IMG/VR virus record: IMGVR_UViG_3300031418_000005
Span: 96,001 to 160,000 of that record
Source of the DNA: a virus
Reading direction: 5' to 3' (one strand)
DNA: 64,000 nt
Shown: piece by piece, positions 46,801-55,096 of the stretch
Numbering within the stretch: position 1 is the first letter of the stretch
How the letters are laid out: each line of letters begins with the position of its first letter
Notes under the pieces: generated by a model
What the model saw: only the letters and a program-made list of their open reading frames with translations
Told to the model about the DNA's origin: nothing
Databases searched by the model: none
Translations under genes and position numbers: made by a program

Positions 46801-48006
46801 CGTGGGGCACTGAACGTTCAAAACATTCGGGCAATGATTGCCGATGCGGCGAAGATGTTTGGTGTCCCGCCAGCTGTGGCCTTGGCGATGGCGCAAGCGG
46901 AGTCAAGTTTCGACTACACCGTGACTAACAAAGCAGGTACGGCCGGTGGGTTGTTCCAGTTCATTAACGGAACTTGGGGCGATATGATGAAGGGCTACGG
47001 GAATAAGTTTGGTATCCCGAATAAGCTCAACACCGGCGGTGGACAGCTTGACCCATGGGCGAACACCCTGCTGGGGATGCAGTTTATCCGTGACAACATC
47101 CAATCCGCACAACGTGATTTGGGTGGCGTGGCTCCACCGCCTGCGGTGGCCTACCTGTACCACTTCTTGGGTGCCGGTGGCGGTAAGCTGTTCCTGAAAG
47201 CCTGGCAGAAGAACCCGTCTGCACCGTCAGCGCGTGCACCGGGAATTACGCAGGCTATCCTTTCGGGGAACAAAGGGGTGTTCTACGATGGTCAGGGTCG
47301 TAACAGGACGATTGATGGCGTTATCCAGGAGTTGAACCGTCGCATGGGGGCAGTCTCTGCCAACGTGATGTCGGCTACACCGGGAATGACTTCGGATATC
47401 ACCAAAAACCTGACACCGGCTAACCCGGCAGTTGCTGCGGGTGCCGCGAACGACCCGTCTATCGCGGGTGCTGCTGATGACTTGCCTGCGGACAACGCTG
47501 CACGTCGTGATGATGCGCTGGATGCAAAAGGCGCACAAGCGGCTGCGGATGCACAGGCTACCGCCGCGGGTAACGCAGGGCCAGCAGTACCGTCTCCAGG
47601 TAGCAGTTCTGGTGGAGGCGATGCCGCTGCTACTGCGGATGGGGTTGCTGCCGCTGCAGCGGCAGATGGATTGTCACCGACGGATGTTGCGAAGGTCAAA
47701 GCAGGTGCTGAGAAGCAGTTGCAGAAAACCGCCCAGCAGCCAGCGGCGAACAGTTCAGATGCCACGGCGTCCACACCGACACTGAACACCGTGCCGGTCG
47801 ATGTCCAGCAACTCCAGGTACTCAAAGAGTCGGCCGGGTATCTTAAAGAGATCCGTGACTTTATGAAAGCCAACCCAGGTCGTGGTCTGCCACAAGGCGG
47901 GAATCAGGCACAGGCGCAAGGAGCTGCACCTCCAGGTTCCGCTGCCCGTCAGCAGTCTATCACTCAACCCACACCGTCGCTGAACGTAACCCGTAAGGCG
48001 AGCTAA
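40867..48006 (+). CDS. tape-measure-like tail protein with lytic transglycosylase domain (phiKZ gp181 type)
   Basis: 2379 aa helical; hydrophobic segment; SLT motifs AESSF, AGGLFQFI..TW, YL.H..G.GG. Confidence 0.88.
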   Translation: MAKKGRDDFDDLDLDRMDDWDDFGEPPRNTDKSRNPIIDTLRTARKSALSTIWPKGKRDQVILKGMPKPAADAYEGYQNVAAAGKDIVAHTKDELVKTERMVKQQARQLGPTLKRYLPDALTRKIDKWAKSDQMEYGQYDPKQAMMDRELGEVFSGSGPQTDEQQRDMRETATEDRIRDSIREMKSDAMFQTVIGIAKDISLTTSLNRGVFLNVQRKQLELQYKTLFAIQDLTKLKQDEFDRNTPALEAIQKNTALPDYAKEEFSEVRWANVKRQMADWMNPLKYADGFIDQIRENTKKKISNVFGEGRGMLEQLLGMGVEDDFGMEDSSSLSAEKRKTNARDKAVGWGSGWLAKKLLGPQIEKLQKWSREELEKNPEVMKRLQAGKFNLQNLSSLSNSAIAGETDGPMADIFRFLNEMGIIQPLNREKAFLDERDGAAMTRSAKFDRKAHLTLVEIIPAWLSEINKSIRRGYGEHADMEYDITSRGFVDRKVIGNRVRKAVANDEQRLRLQGSINKTVDFIDSKGELSAKERQHLADYIESRASQGRAFDVGAILKDSSHLMRHMGGNGAEKLQGILQARSNGLTGGHAELSNELSSRIATIQSSISARQNMIDEAANIYGERALRDAGIFNYDAKNDTFGVDKDLSDPYTLFNDLAMGKTRTGRALTREQEIAKKLQNGSALGDYLRRMGANAGPGMDDTSLPPALRGKGKGGKGLSARQLAAVLYGETSTNFVELLSQRNQAQDQTGHTDRVVAAIRESSNLSVVQQILEHVKNMDEQGVLLASLAGGGEGGDATGDIHGPPRPGGGPGGGGRRRRIIIGEDGLLRRWGGVLFDSVAGAGRLGGRLAKGAKDRLGKFGAWARGKFGGPSEGPGILSKIRGLITGGFEGAWNSASGFAKGVLGIRDIYDEKGNVVLQGAKLEAGEYYQVSSGSGARMKQLKSLDDIRLGRDIVDEAGNLILSAADLAKAGKLRYYKGGKAQALFQVLAQKAGTGVNKVVKLPKRILDFISPKAGSFLTKVKDWLNEIPEGEEKSRIQAAFSRVTSLPKKVWDAAKNGWDKFKDMAQNNPLTRWWQNREGGGGGGISLFSMSNARKTNHILIRIYKLLNKRLAGEPEDEGWTEQMEKNVGGGKGLRGQASQALRRAKVMAKRRFGKRWGRFQSRVGEGMDTVRDEYGNLRDRAGNIVDSFRGSRFDIGTRYEVERRLHGRNDDVADFYRQHLNARAGISGKKVKSAIKDDVDKVKGAASDVIGSAADRSRSLGSRLLDRLNRMVDLQEMGWFNTMRDSVEKAGGTDGMLRTMFSKFSRRNKPKESDEKRDYFQFFRRRRRTKEEQEAAAPPKRGGKKGGIMGMLSSLPLIGPIVSILGTVGSILGTVAKWGIFKPGALIGKAAWNVGKFAVTRAIPTIATGVASAASAVVAAVGWPAIAIGAAVVGASWLAYHIATYKPALRLDKMRLAQYGYRNNDAWSSDDGAKARYLEDNIKQYISYDDKGQATLRGMAAKDVEKLAEGYGVNLEEKGEMLAFQAFMLQRFIPVYLRWVTALKSMDNDIQLADVADQSKTSKADQKKLWAKTKMSKDANAFHALTDPRKVNQGFFSKAWDAITFTSPDLLDADEVMKVQDRVGKEIDWLVDDKVAEKKGMREAVEGVKSASVAESTQKLASLDKERNENTIKTQGWEDGTEQVQIQVDWNAVADKKDLDALESLRWKTYGLVTIDSAARTQMNLFEKEVIKDVDVKSASYKGDWKKAIAVLAPDAIGGPKEDRYKLWFFNRFLPAFMTFLVGVKRYLPTGDPLNLKMTGGYLYEIALLVRGAYNLKGGVRQSVWEIPFNPLGGEANTDPRTVDKELETLRVLSKEADLAVRNLLKETQSAGKRAQWQRRDKNTNFFQTKDDDPQSKFFETYGKGSAAEQRANGYAPVPGFNGVPNDLGQSVDAVGGIENYAKLTTGQSSINLGEVQAGDYKSLAEKYPLSKLGRRGALNVQNIRAMIADAAKMFGVPPAVALAMAQAESSFDYTVTNKAGTAGGLFQFINGTWGDMMKGYGNKFGIPNKLNTGGGQLDPWANTLLGMQFIRDNIQSAQRDLGGVAPPPAVAYLYHFLGAGGGKLFLKAWQKNPSAPSARAPGITQAILSGNKGVFYDGQGRNRTIDGVIQELNRRMGAVSANVMSATPGMTSDITKNLTPANPAVAAGAANDPSIAGAADDLPADNAARRDDALDAKGAQAAADAQATAAGNAGPAVPSPGSSSGGGDAAATADGVAAAAAADGLSPTDVAKVKAGAEKQLQKTAQQPAANSSDATASTPTLNTVPVDVQQLQVLKESAGYLKEIRDFMKANPGRGLPQGGNQAQAQGAAPPGSAARQQSITQPTPSLNVTRKAS

Positions 48007-48010
48007 ATAC

Positions 48011-48036
48011 GGGGGCAGCAATGCCCCCTTTTCTTT
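48011..48036 (+). terminator. hairpin/terminator after tape-measure gene
   Basis: GGGGGCA-GCAA-TGCCCCC + TTTTCTTT. Confidence 0.6.
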
Positions 48037-48048
48037 AAGAGGTGAAAC

Positions 48049-50259
48049 GTGGATGCACGCAAATTAGAAGACTCAAGCTGGGTCAAGACGCTATTCGGTG
48101 GGACAGGTGAGCGGCGAGACGAACGCTTCTTGGGTCTTCGTCGCTTTTCCAATGCGATGATGTCGTTTGAAGATACCACCCTCGGGGGTTCTCGCGCCAT
48201 TAATGCACCCCCACAGTTCACACTGTTTGCAGACCCTCCCTCCACCGGGGCGTTTGCACAACCCCAATCAACCAGTTCGAAAGAACAACAACAAATCAGC
48301 AGCCAAGACCTGAAAGGGTCGTACAAGATGGGGACGTTCTACTGGGAAGCTATTAACCAGAATGCCTTCTATCTGCATTGCCGATTCGGTAAGCCGCGTT
48401 ATCTTGGGGTCGCTGCGTTCTTCGCAAACATGTACGACTCGAACCTGGCCTACTTAGCCCGTACCGGTAACTATCCGGGTATGCTGCGCAGTATCGGCAC
48501 CTATGTCGCCGCTGCCGCCCTCTGGGCTACTGTCGGGACTGTCGCCTTTGCGATTATCTTGATTACTCCACGCATCCTGAAAGTGGTGCTGAACAAAGAG
48601 ACATCGCGTTACTACTACGTGATGCCAACCATGCACCTTTATCTGCGTGCGGTACAGAACATGGTGAACACGCAGTTGGTTTACCGTCGTCTGGTGCCCA
48701 CTGGGGTGCTCGGTACCTTTGCGTTAGGCTATGATGTCAACGACAAAGAGAACAAATACAACGCTGAGCGTGCGGAGTGGTACTCGATGCTCCCGAACAT
48801 CTGGAAAGATAACGGGGAGTTTGATATCTACCGCATGATCAACCGTTACCAGACCCTGGCGAACTATCAGGCGAAGACCATTGAAGAGATTCGCAAGAAA
48901 GCCGGGGATGATGAGGAAGATTTTGCAGCACGTCTTCGGGCGTTCTACAACGAAGCCACGTACTCCACAAATGTCCAGAGTAAAGCCGGTCAGTTTGAGG
49001 TTTCGCTCGGGATGTTGGAAACCGTGGCCCGTAAAGACCCTGCCTACAGTGCCGGGTTTAATGATGCCACCCAGCAGGAAAACGAACTCGTCAACGGAAT
49101 GCAGGGTTCGATAACCGATGCCCAACAAGCAGGCGGTACTGGTCAGGACTTTGAGAATGCGGCGAAGTCCAAAGAGGAACGCTTGCAGGCACAACTTGCC
49201 GAAATGAAAAAGAACCAGGAGAACGCCGCCAATACGCAATCCTCTGCGAATGCGATGGACGAGAATAACCTGGACATCGGCAAGATTGAAAACTGGATGG
49301 CACAAGGGCAAAAAGAAAACGTCGGCAGCTTCTTTAAAGACATGGTCGGGATGATGGAACGCACCTGGGAAAATGTCTCCGAACAAGCTGCATCGGAAAT
49401 CCGTAACGGTTCGCAGTGGATTACCTGGAAGATTGATGGCCGTGATACAGTCAGCCGCAACTTCTCGAACACCACCAAAGAGCCGGAGATTTCTGGTACC
49501 GTGAACTCGGTCACGCAGAAAGCCCGTTCGCTGGAAGTCAACCTGTCAGGAGGCAAGACCGGCTTTGATGCCATTGACGGTCTCGTTACTGGCTTGAAGT
49601 CTGCATTCACCGGCGCGTTGGACTTGTTACACCTTTCAGGGATTATGTCACTGTACAACTCGTCAGTGATTGACTTCCCGGAAGTGTGGGACTCGTCTGA
49701 TACATCAGGAGACGATATTACCATGTCCATCCCACTACGGTGTTGGTCGGGTAATGATTTGGACGTCTTCCAGGATTTGCTCGTGCCTATGTCGTTTTGG
49801 TTAGCGGCGGTCTGTCCTATCGCCACGGGTAAACAATCGTTTACTCACCCGTTCTACCTTGAGTGCTACTCACGCGGTCGTTACTCCATGCGCAATGCCA
49901 TGGTAACGAACCTGTCGCTGCAGTTTGGTGCCGGTGGTCTCGGTTGGCGTGGTGACGGTGTGCCGTTGTCGTGTGATATTCAGGTAACTATCCGCGACTT
50001 GTCGCGCGTCATGTACATGCCTATCGTCACCGATACTGGCGTGTGGGACGACGATAACAAGTTCAGTGAGTTTATGGCGGTACTGGGTGCTGCAACACTG
50101 CGTGAACGTGTAGTGGGGATTGAGCGTGCGAAAATCAACGCCTCTATCTGGGCACAAAATGCCGCCTCTGCCTGGTCACAAGGTAACATCATGAACGCTG
50201 CTTTCGACCTTGTTCCTGCCCGACAAATTGCGAACATCTTCCTGACGCAGGCCCGTTAA
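48049..50259 (+). CDS. virion tail/baseplate protein
   Basis: 736 aa after tape measure; FPEVWDSS and tube-like VTNLSL..DIQVTIRDL segment. Confidence 0.65.
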   Translation: MDARKLEDSSWVKTLFGGTGERRDERFLGLRRFSNAMMSFEDTTLGGSRAINAPPQFTLFADPPSTGAFAQPQSTSSKEQQQISSQDLKGSYKMGTFYWEAINQNAFYLHCRFGKPRYLGVAAFFANMYDSNLAYLARTGNYPGMLRSIGTYVAAAALWATVGTVAFAIILITPRILKVVLNKETSRYYYVMPTMHLYLRAVQNMVNTQLVYRRLVPTGVLGTFALGYDVNDKENKYNAERAEWYSMLPNIWKDNGEFDIYRMINRYQTLANYQAKTIEEIRKKAGDDEEDFAARLRAFYNEATYSTNVQSKAGQFEVSLGMLETVARKDPAYSAGFNDATQQENELVNGMQGSITDAQQAGGTGQDFENAAKSKEERLQAQLAEMKKNQENAANTQSSANAMDENNLDIGKIENWMAQGQKENVGSFFKDMVGMMERTWENVSEQAASEIRNGSQWITWKIDGRDTVSRNFSNTTKEPEISGTVNSVTQKARSLEVNLSGGKTGFDAIDGLVTGLKSAFTGALDLLHLSGIMSLYNSSVIDFPEVWDSSDTSGDDITMSIPLRCWSGNDLDVFQDLLVPMSFWLAAVCPIATGKQSFTHPFYLECYSRGRYSMRNAMVTNLSLQFGAGGLGWRGDGVPLSCDIQVTIRDLSRVMYMPIVTDTGVWDDDNKFSEFMAVLGAATLRERVVGIERAKINASIWAQNAASAWSQGNIMNAAFDLVPARQIANIFLTQAR

Positions 50260-50292
50260 GGGTAAGTTAACATCGCAGAGAGGAAAAACAGA

Positions 50293-50835
50293 ATGAGTCT
50301 GTTTGGTAAAAGCGCAAAAGAGTTGGTCTACGATTTAATCGTGGCCAAAAATCCCGGTTTTACGACGAAGGGAGTGACGTCGGACAAACTGGCCTTTGGT
50401 ACCCCGGCTAACATTGCAGGCCCAGGTGAAGAAGACCCGACGTATTACACGCGGCTCAACACCACCCTCGATGTCAACGGGATTCTGGAGAAGGGAACGT
50501 TTGGTAAGTTTTCCGTTACCTACCGTCGATTGTTTATGGATCACCTGTTTGCGGATGTTGTTATTTCGGTGGATGCGACCGGGGTAACGACCGCAGCAGG
50601 GTTACTGCCTCTGATTAGAGATAAGTACAACCTCATTATCAGTGAGGATGAGGTTTATGCGACAGAGGCGGTTTCCGGTGACAAGCACTCCCTGCGGTTT
50701 AACGGGAAGTCGTTCGCCTGGATTGGTCGATTGGAAGTGTACCTGACCGAAGTGCCGTCTGACGGCGTGGACATCAGTAAACTTATCAGCGTCACGGAGT
50801 TGGATGGTCTCGTGTACGATACATCTGCTTCGTAA
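50293..50835 (+). CDS. virion structural protein (jumbo-phage tail-associated family)
   Basis: 180 aa; YRRL, SFAWIG, ELDGL.Y motifs. Confidence 0.6.
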   Translation: MSLFGKSAKELVYDLIVAKNPGFTTKGVTSDKLAFGTPANIAGPGEEDPTYYTRLNTTLDVNGILEKGTFGKFSVTYRRLFMDHLFADVVISVDATGVTTAAGLLPLIRDKYNLIISEDEVYATEAVSGDKHSLRFNGKSFAWIGRLEVYLTEVPSDGVDISKLISVTELDGLVYDTSAS

Positions 50836-50839
50836 AGGC

Positions 50840-50889
50840 AAAAAAAGAAAGCGAGTAGCCCATTGGGCTACTCGGCTTTTATTTTATTT
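50840..50889. terminator. bidirectional terminator
   Basis: GAGTAGCCC-ATT-GGGCTACTC with A and T tracts. Confidence 0.8.
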
Positions 50890-51315
50890 GCGTTGGTATT
50901 CAAACACGATGTACGGTGTTGCATCCAAACCAGGGTTTCTCCACCACACCACCACGCTATTCTCACCCAAATCTTTTGGCCAGGTTTGTACGTACGACAT
51001 CTCTGTCCCGAAGCGAGAAGAAACTTTCAATACGTTCATGGGGTCATGACAACCGCCTCGCCACTTGTGCGTGTAGAGCATCTTCCTTACAAAGTTCTCA
51101 CCGACTTTCCAGAACAGCAGATTACGCCTGTCCGTCCACACGGACTCCGGAATAGGTTGGTCGGTAAAGATGAACTCTACCCCACCGTGGTGTTCGGAGA
51201 TGCACTTAAGTATAGCCAGTTGTTGCAGGGTGAGACCATGGTCTAACCACAGCTCACCGTCCACAAACAACTGCTCAGCACCAGTGTAATTGATTCTGTG
51301 CAGTCGCTTTTCCAT
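50884..51315 (-). CDS. hypothetical protein
   Basis: 143 aa. Confidence 0.7.
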   Translation of the reverse strand: MEKRLHRINYTGAEQLFVDGELWLDHGLTLQQLAILKCISEHHGGVEFIFTDQPIPESVWTDRRNLLFWKVGENFVRKMLYTHKWRGGCHDPMNVLKVSSRFGTEMSYVQTWPKDLGENSVVVWWRNPGLDATPYIVFEYQRK

Positions 51316-51317
51316 CG

Positions 51318-52145
51318 TTAGGCATCCATATTGAGATTACGAACATGGACAATGCAGTGCGGAATGGACATAATCCAGTCGCGCGCTTTCTCACCCTGGA
51401 ACCACAGCTTCTGACCGCTAAACATCAGCAGGTCGTTCACCGGTTTGTCAGAACCCACTTCCGTGTAGGAAACAAAGTTATCCCACAGGTAGCTTAACAG
51501 GTCACGCGACGCATCGGTGTGATACGGTGCCTGAGATAAACGAGACACAATGCTGTGCGCTTCGGCCAACGTGAAAATATTCGTTGACTCAGGACGGGCC
51601 AGATAATGCTCAACCTTCAATGAGTCGGTTGGCAAATATTCCGGTCGCCCCGCTGTATGGCCAGGACGCCAGTATTGCGCATACGTTTCTTTTTCCGAGT
51701 ACACACCCGGCTCACCGGTGTAGTTCGGCAGTCGGGTCTCACGCTCCGTCAGACGCATCAGGAGGCCCGTACCCGTCGAGAGCCAGTATGTTACCTCGTT
51801 GTCCGATAAACGGTCTGGATGCTCTGGGAGAAGCGGATAGGGGTCAGTTACCGTGTCTTTGTTGACTCGATAGAAAGTATCCCCCTCGACATCGAGCGGT
51901 TTGTGGGATTTCACCATATTCCCCGTACCTTGACCCGGCGTGTAAGACAGCACCGTCTCCATCTCAACTTCGGTATCGCCCAAACAGATAGCACATGCCT
52001 GTCGGACGTTTTCCATCCCCGGCCCTGCATTCTGTCGCGCCACGACCCAGCGTGCACCCGATTCATCCGCCGCAACCACAATGGCACGGAACGACGGATT
52101 AACCGGCCCGGCGATAAACTCGTCGGTCACTAAGAAAATCTTCAT
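51318..52145 (-). CDS. hypothetical protein
   Basis: 275 aa, GAGGA RBS; N-terminal VVAA..E..AR module. Confidence 0.75.
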   Translation of the reverse strand: MKIFLVTDEFIAGPVNPSFRAIVVAADESGARWVVARQNAGPGMENVRQACAICLGDTEVEMETVLSYTPGQGTGNMVKSHKPLDVEGDTFYRVNKDTVTDPYPLLPEHPDRLSDNEVTYWLSTGTGLLMRLTERETRLPNYTGEPGVYSEKETYAQYWRPGHTAGRPEYLPTDSLKVEHYLARPESTNIFTLAEAHSIVSRLSQAPYHTDASRDLLSYLWDNFVSYTEVGSDKPVNDLLMFSGQKLWFQGEKARDWIMSIPHCIVHVRNLNMDA

Positions 52146-52172
52146 GCGAAATGTCCTCTAGCTTTTTTTATA

Positions 52173-53024
52173 TTAGGCGTCAGCTTCTTTAATGAAGATG
52201 CCGTCGGCGTTCAAGAAACCTTTACGGTCTTTGATTTCATCCCACGCCAGGGAGAAGCATTGTTCCAGATTCATGTCGTACGCTTTCGCCAGTGTATTAG
52301 CGTACGCGATCATTTCACTGTAGTGGTATTCGATGTTAATACACACCGCGTTATCGAACGATTTGAAATCCAGCTTCTTCGGCGAATCCAAACCGGCAAC
52401 ACCCCACAGCTCATCGATGGCACAGGTGATGTGGTAGCGCATTTTGTGGAACAGGTAATGGGTGTTACCCATTCTGAATTCGTCACCAGCAGCCCAGCAG
52501 GCAATTTCCAGCGACTCGTGACCGGTCAGTTCCATCAGGTTTACCAGAACCACCAGTGCATCACCCAGGCCATCCATGATGAGCGGATGTTTGTTCTTAC
52601 CCACACCAGTTGCTGCTTCACCATCTTCTTCATACAGCTTAGTGCCCTGGGTGAACCAGACACCGTTGTCGAGGATGCCGCGTGCTTTCGACCAGCCAAT
52701 AACGTGATTCACGCAATCGGCGATGCTGTACAGACGGACGTAGCGAGGATGGGTAACTTCGCCTTTGTACACCGCGGTTGCTAAACGCAGAGGGAACACG
52801 ATGTCGTTGATTTCCAGTTTACCGTCTTCGGTACGCACTTTACCTTCAACGCGGGTTAAACCGGTTTCTTTGCTCACTGCCGCAGCATAGATTGTTTCAA
52901 ATTCCCACGGCGCACTGCCCGCATGATGAATGTAGCTTGCCATCTGCGCATTGATATCGGCAAGGTGTTTATTAGGTTCGAAGATGACAGCGTGTGGTAC
53001 CTGAATGACGAATTGGTCGCCCAT
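52173..53024 (-). CDS. MazG-like all-alpha NTP pyrophosphatase
   Basis: Start ATG 53024; Q..KLYEE.GE, DGLGD..V.L, C...AWDEIKDRKG...G.F.KE. Confidence 0.85.
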   Translation of the reverse strand: MGDQFVIQVPHAVIFEPNKHLADINAQMASYIHHAGSAPWEFETIYAAAVSKETGLTRVEGKVRTEDGKLEINDIVFPLRLATAVYKGEVTHPRYVRLYSIADCVNHVIGWSKARGILDNGVWFTQGTKLYEEDGEAATGVGKNKHPLIMDGLGDALVVLVNLMELTGHESLEIACWAAGDEFRMGNTHYLFHKMRYHITCAIDELWGVAGLDSPKKLDFKSFDNAVCINIEYHYSEMIAYANTLAKAYDMNLEQCFSLAWDEIKDRKGFLNADGIFIKEADA

Positions 53025-53044
53025 GATAATTTTCCTTTTGGGTA

Positions 53045-53080
53045 AAAAAATAAGTGGTGTGTCCATATGGACACACCAAT
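53045..53080 (-). terminator. intrinsic terminator
   Basis: TGGTGTGTCC-ATAT-GGACACACCA + U-tract. Confidence 0.8.
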
Positions 53081-53083
53081 TTG

Positions 53084-53239
53084 TTAAATTTTGCAGGCAC
53101 CGCCAGCACAACCGTCGTCTTCGGTCGCTGCGTCCACACCGCCTTCAACAGTGATGTCCGGGTCAAGCCCTGGGATATCACCGAAGTCCATCGGGTCAGT
53201 TGCCAGTTGTGTATCCTGAACCTGCTCGTTCTTGCTCAT
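53084..53239 (-). CDS. 51-aa acidic peptide mimicking the NrdA C-terminal redox tail
   Basis: Hand translation MSKNEQVQDTQLATDPMDFGDIPGLDPDITVEGGVDAATEDDGCAGGACKI; GAGAG RBS; followed by terminator. Confidence 0.8.
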   Translation of the reverse strand: MSKNEQVQDTQLATDPMDFGDIPGLDPDITVEGGVDAATEDDGCAGGACKI

Positions 53240-53250
53240 TGCTTACTCTC

Positions 53251-53724
53251 TTAATTGATTAGATGAATAACCACATCCGGCGTGACGACGTCAGCCAGAC
53301 TACGGTAAATTTTGTCAAAGCTAAACTTGTTGAAGAAGAAGCCAGCTTCATCGACAATGACCAAACTGAACTTCTCATAACCAGAGAGTCCAGAGCCTGT
53401 TGCGTTCTGCCAGTTTTCTGGCAGATAGCCAGAATGTACTGTGAGCCATCCGTCACCAGAAGCTTTCGCATGGAATTTTTCCACGACCTCGTCACGCAAC
53501 GCCACGGCATGAACCAAGTACAGTACGCTACCGCGGTGCTTTGCCGCCATATCGACTGCGTGCGCAGTCACCCCTCTCTGGCGACCTGCACCGTAACGAA
53601 TGGTACGGAATTCACTCAGATCCAACCCCGGTCGGAAGTTGAGTCGTTTTGCTTCGTCACTGTCTAATGCTACCAGACCATTCGAAAGTTCTTTCACTAC
53701 CAGATTATAGTTAATTGGAGTCAT
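53251..53724 (-). CDS. small P-loop-like protein
   Basis: Start ATG 53724 (GAGG RBS); GRQRGVT and LVIVDEA. Confidence 0.65.
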   Translation of the reverse strand: MTPINYNLVVKELSNGLVALDSDEAKRLNFRPGLDLSEFRTIRYGAGRQRGVTAHAVDMAAKHRGSVLYLVHAVALRDEVVEKFHAKASGDGWLTVHSGYLPENWQNATGSGLSGYEKFSLVIVDEAGFFFNKFSFDKIYRSLADVVTPDVVIHLIN

Positions 53725-53746
53725 AGACACTTTGATTACCTCTTCG

Positions 53747-54544
53747 TTAGTATTTTGCCATCCGCATGTTACCGTTCTCGTCAGTGACCACGGTAAGTTT
53801 GGAGGCTTCTTTACGGACATATTCCGGTACCAGCTTCTGCCAGTCCGGGTGACGGTACCAAGTCAGGGTGTGATAACCGATTTGTTCGGTCAGTTGCTCC
53901 CAGCCTTCGACCGGAGTACGGGAATAGAAATGGTGACGCGCTTGTGCTGCCCAGTCGTGATACTCAGTGGCACGACCAACATATTTCAACACATCGGCTA
54001 ACACATGTTCGATAGTCACCGGCAGGTTTTCAGTTTCCTGCCAGGTGTACGTCGCGGTGTGTTCACCCGGTTCGAACTGCGCGTCGAACGATGGAATCCC
54101 ATTAAAGTGAATCTGCGAATTTCCACCGAGCTCCTGCGAGATAATGGTAACCGTCCATTGCCCTGCGGCAGGTGGGACACCGAACTCACTCGTCTCAGGG
54201 ACTTTGGCGTAGTTCTTAAAGCGCAAGTCGATGTCTGGCGGCAGACCCAACATCTCGATAAGCTTGCGCTCAAAGTCGGTCAGGTCACCACCTTCAATGA
54301 CCTTCCAACCCGGACAAACAACACTACGGTTAATGTAGCGATGGCGTTCTGGCCAGTTACGCACACCCTCCGCAAACAACAGTGCACCGTGCGCGTCAGT
54401 TTCACCCACGTCAACCAAATCGATAACCGTTGGCACAAGATGACGTGCCTCGTTCTCATCGCGGGCGGCTACGACGCCGTGGTTATACGTGTCATAGTTC
54501 GTGGTATAAAATGCATCGGAGAAAAGAAACAGTCTGTTTTTCAT
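53747..54544 (-). CDS. hypothetical protein
   Basis: Start ATG 54544 (GGAG RBS); N-terminal YDTY..VVAA.DE.EAR module. Confidence 0.75.
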   Translation of the reverse strand: MKNRLFLFSDAFYTTNYDTYNHGVVAARDENEARHLVPTVIDLVDVGETDAHGALLFAEGVRNWPERHRYINRSVVCPGWKVIEGGDLTDFERKLIEMLGLPPDIDLRFKNYAKVPETSEFGVPPAAGQWTVTIISQELGGNSQIHFNGIPSFDAQFEPGEHTATYTWQETENLPVTIEHVLADVLKYVGRATEYHDWAAQARHHFYSRTPVEGWEQLTEQIGYHTLTWYRHPDWQKLVPEYVRKEASKLTVVTDENGNMRMAKY

Positions 54545-55080
54545 TAGCACTCCACCCAAATCAAACAGAACTCTTCCGGGTCTAACGTCGGATGAATAAT
54601 CAACGCTTCTTTATACTCCGGAATATCGTCCTCCACACGGTGTTCTGCGGTTAACGCCGACAGTTGCATGTAGAGGTCGTCGTCCATTTGACCGTTAAAG
54701 GTTGAGGTCAGGATGAACGGCAACGCCTCAGCAATCTGCACCAGTTGGTTACGGTTGATACGGATGCTCAAGGTACGCTTTTGATCAAACCACGCACCTT
54801 GTTCGTGCAGACCACGGTCAGTGTTAATGAAGATACGGTCAACCATACCTTCCGGACAACGTGCCCACATACGCACCGCAATAATGTACCACCAGTCCAT
54901 CATGTCCGCAGAGAACAGAATCGTCTTGGTGGTACCATCTGGCTGAGGAATCTCTAACCCGCCCACATCTGGCGTGCTAAGATTGATTACCTGTCCTTTA
55001 TCACCGGAGGCCACTGTAATAGGTTCAGCGGTTTTCGTTGCAGCCGGTTTAGCGAACGGGATAATGTTGTTGTCAGTCAT
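54544..55080 (-). CDS. hypothetical protein
   Basis: Start ATG 55080 (GAGG RBS), 178 aa. Confidence 0.75.
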   Translation of the reverse strand: MTDNNIIPFAKPAATKTAEPITVASGDKGQVINLSTPDVGGLEIPQPDGTTKTILFSADMMDWWYIIAVRMWARCPEGMVDRIFINTDRGLHEQGAWFDQKRTLSIRINRNQLVQIAEALPFILTSTFNGQMDDDLYMQLSALTAEHRVEDDIPEYKEALIIHPTLDPEEFCLIWVEC

Positions 55081-55096
55081 ACAGACCTCGGTAACG

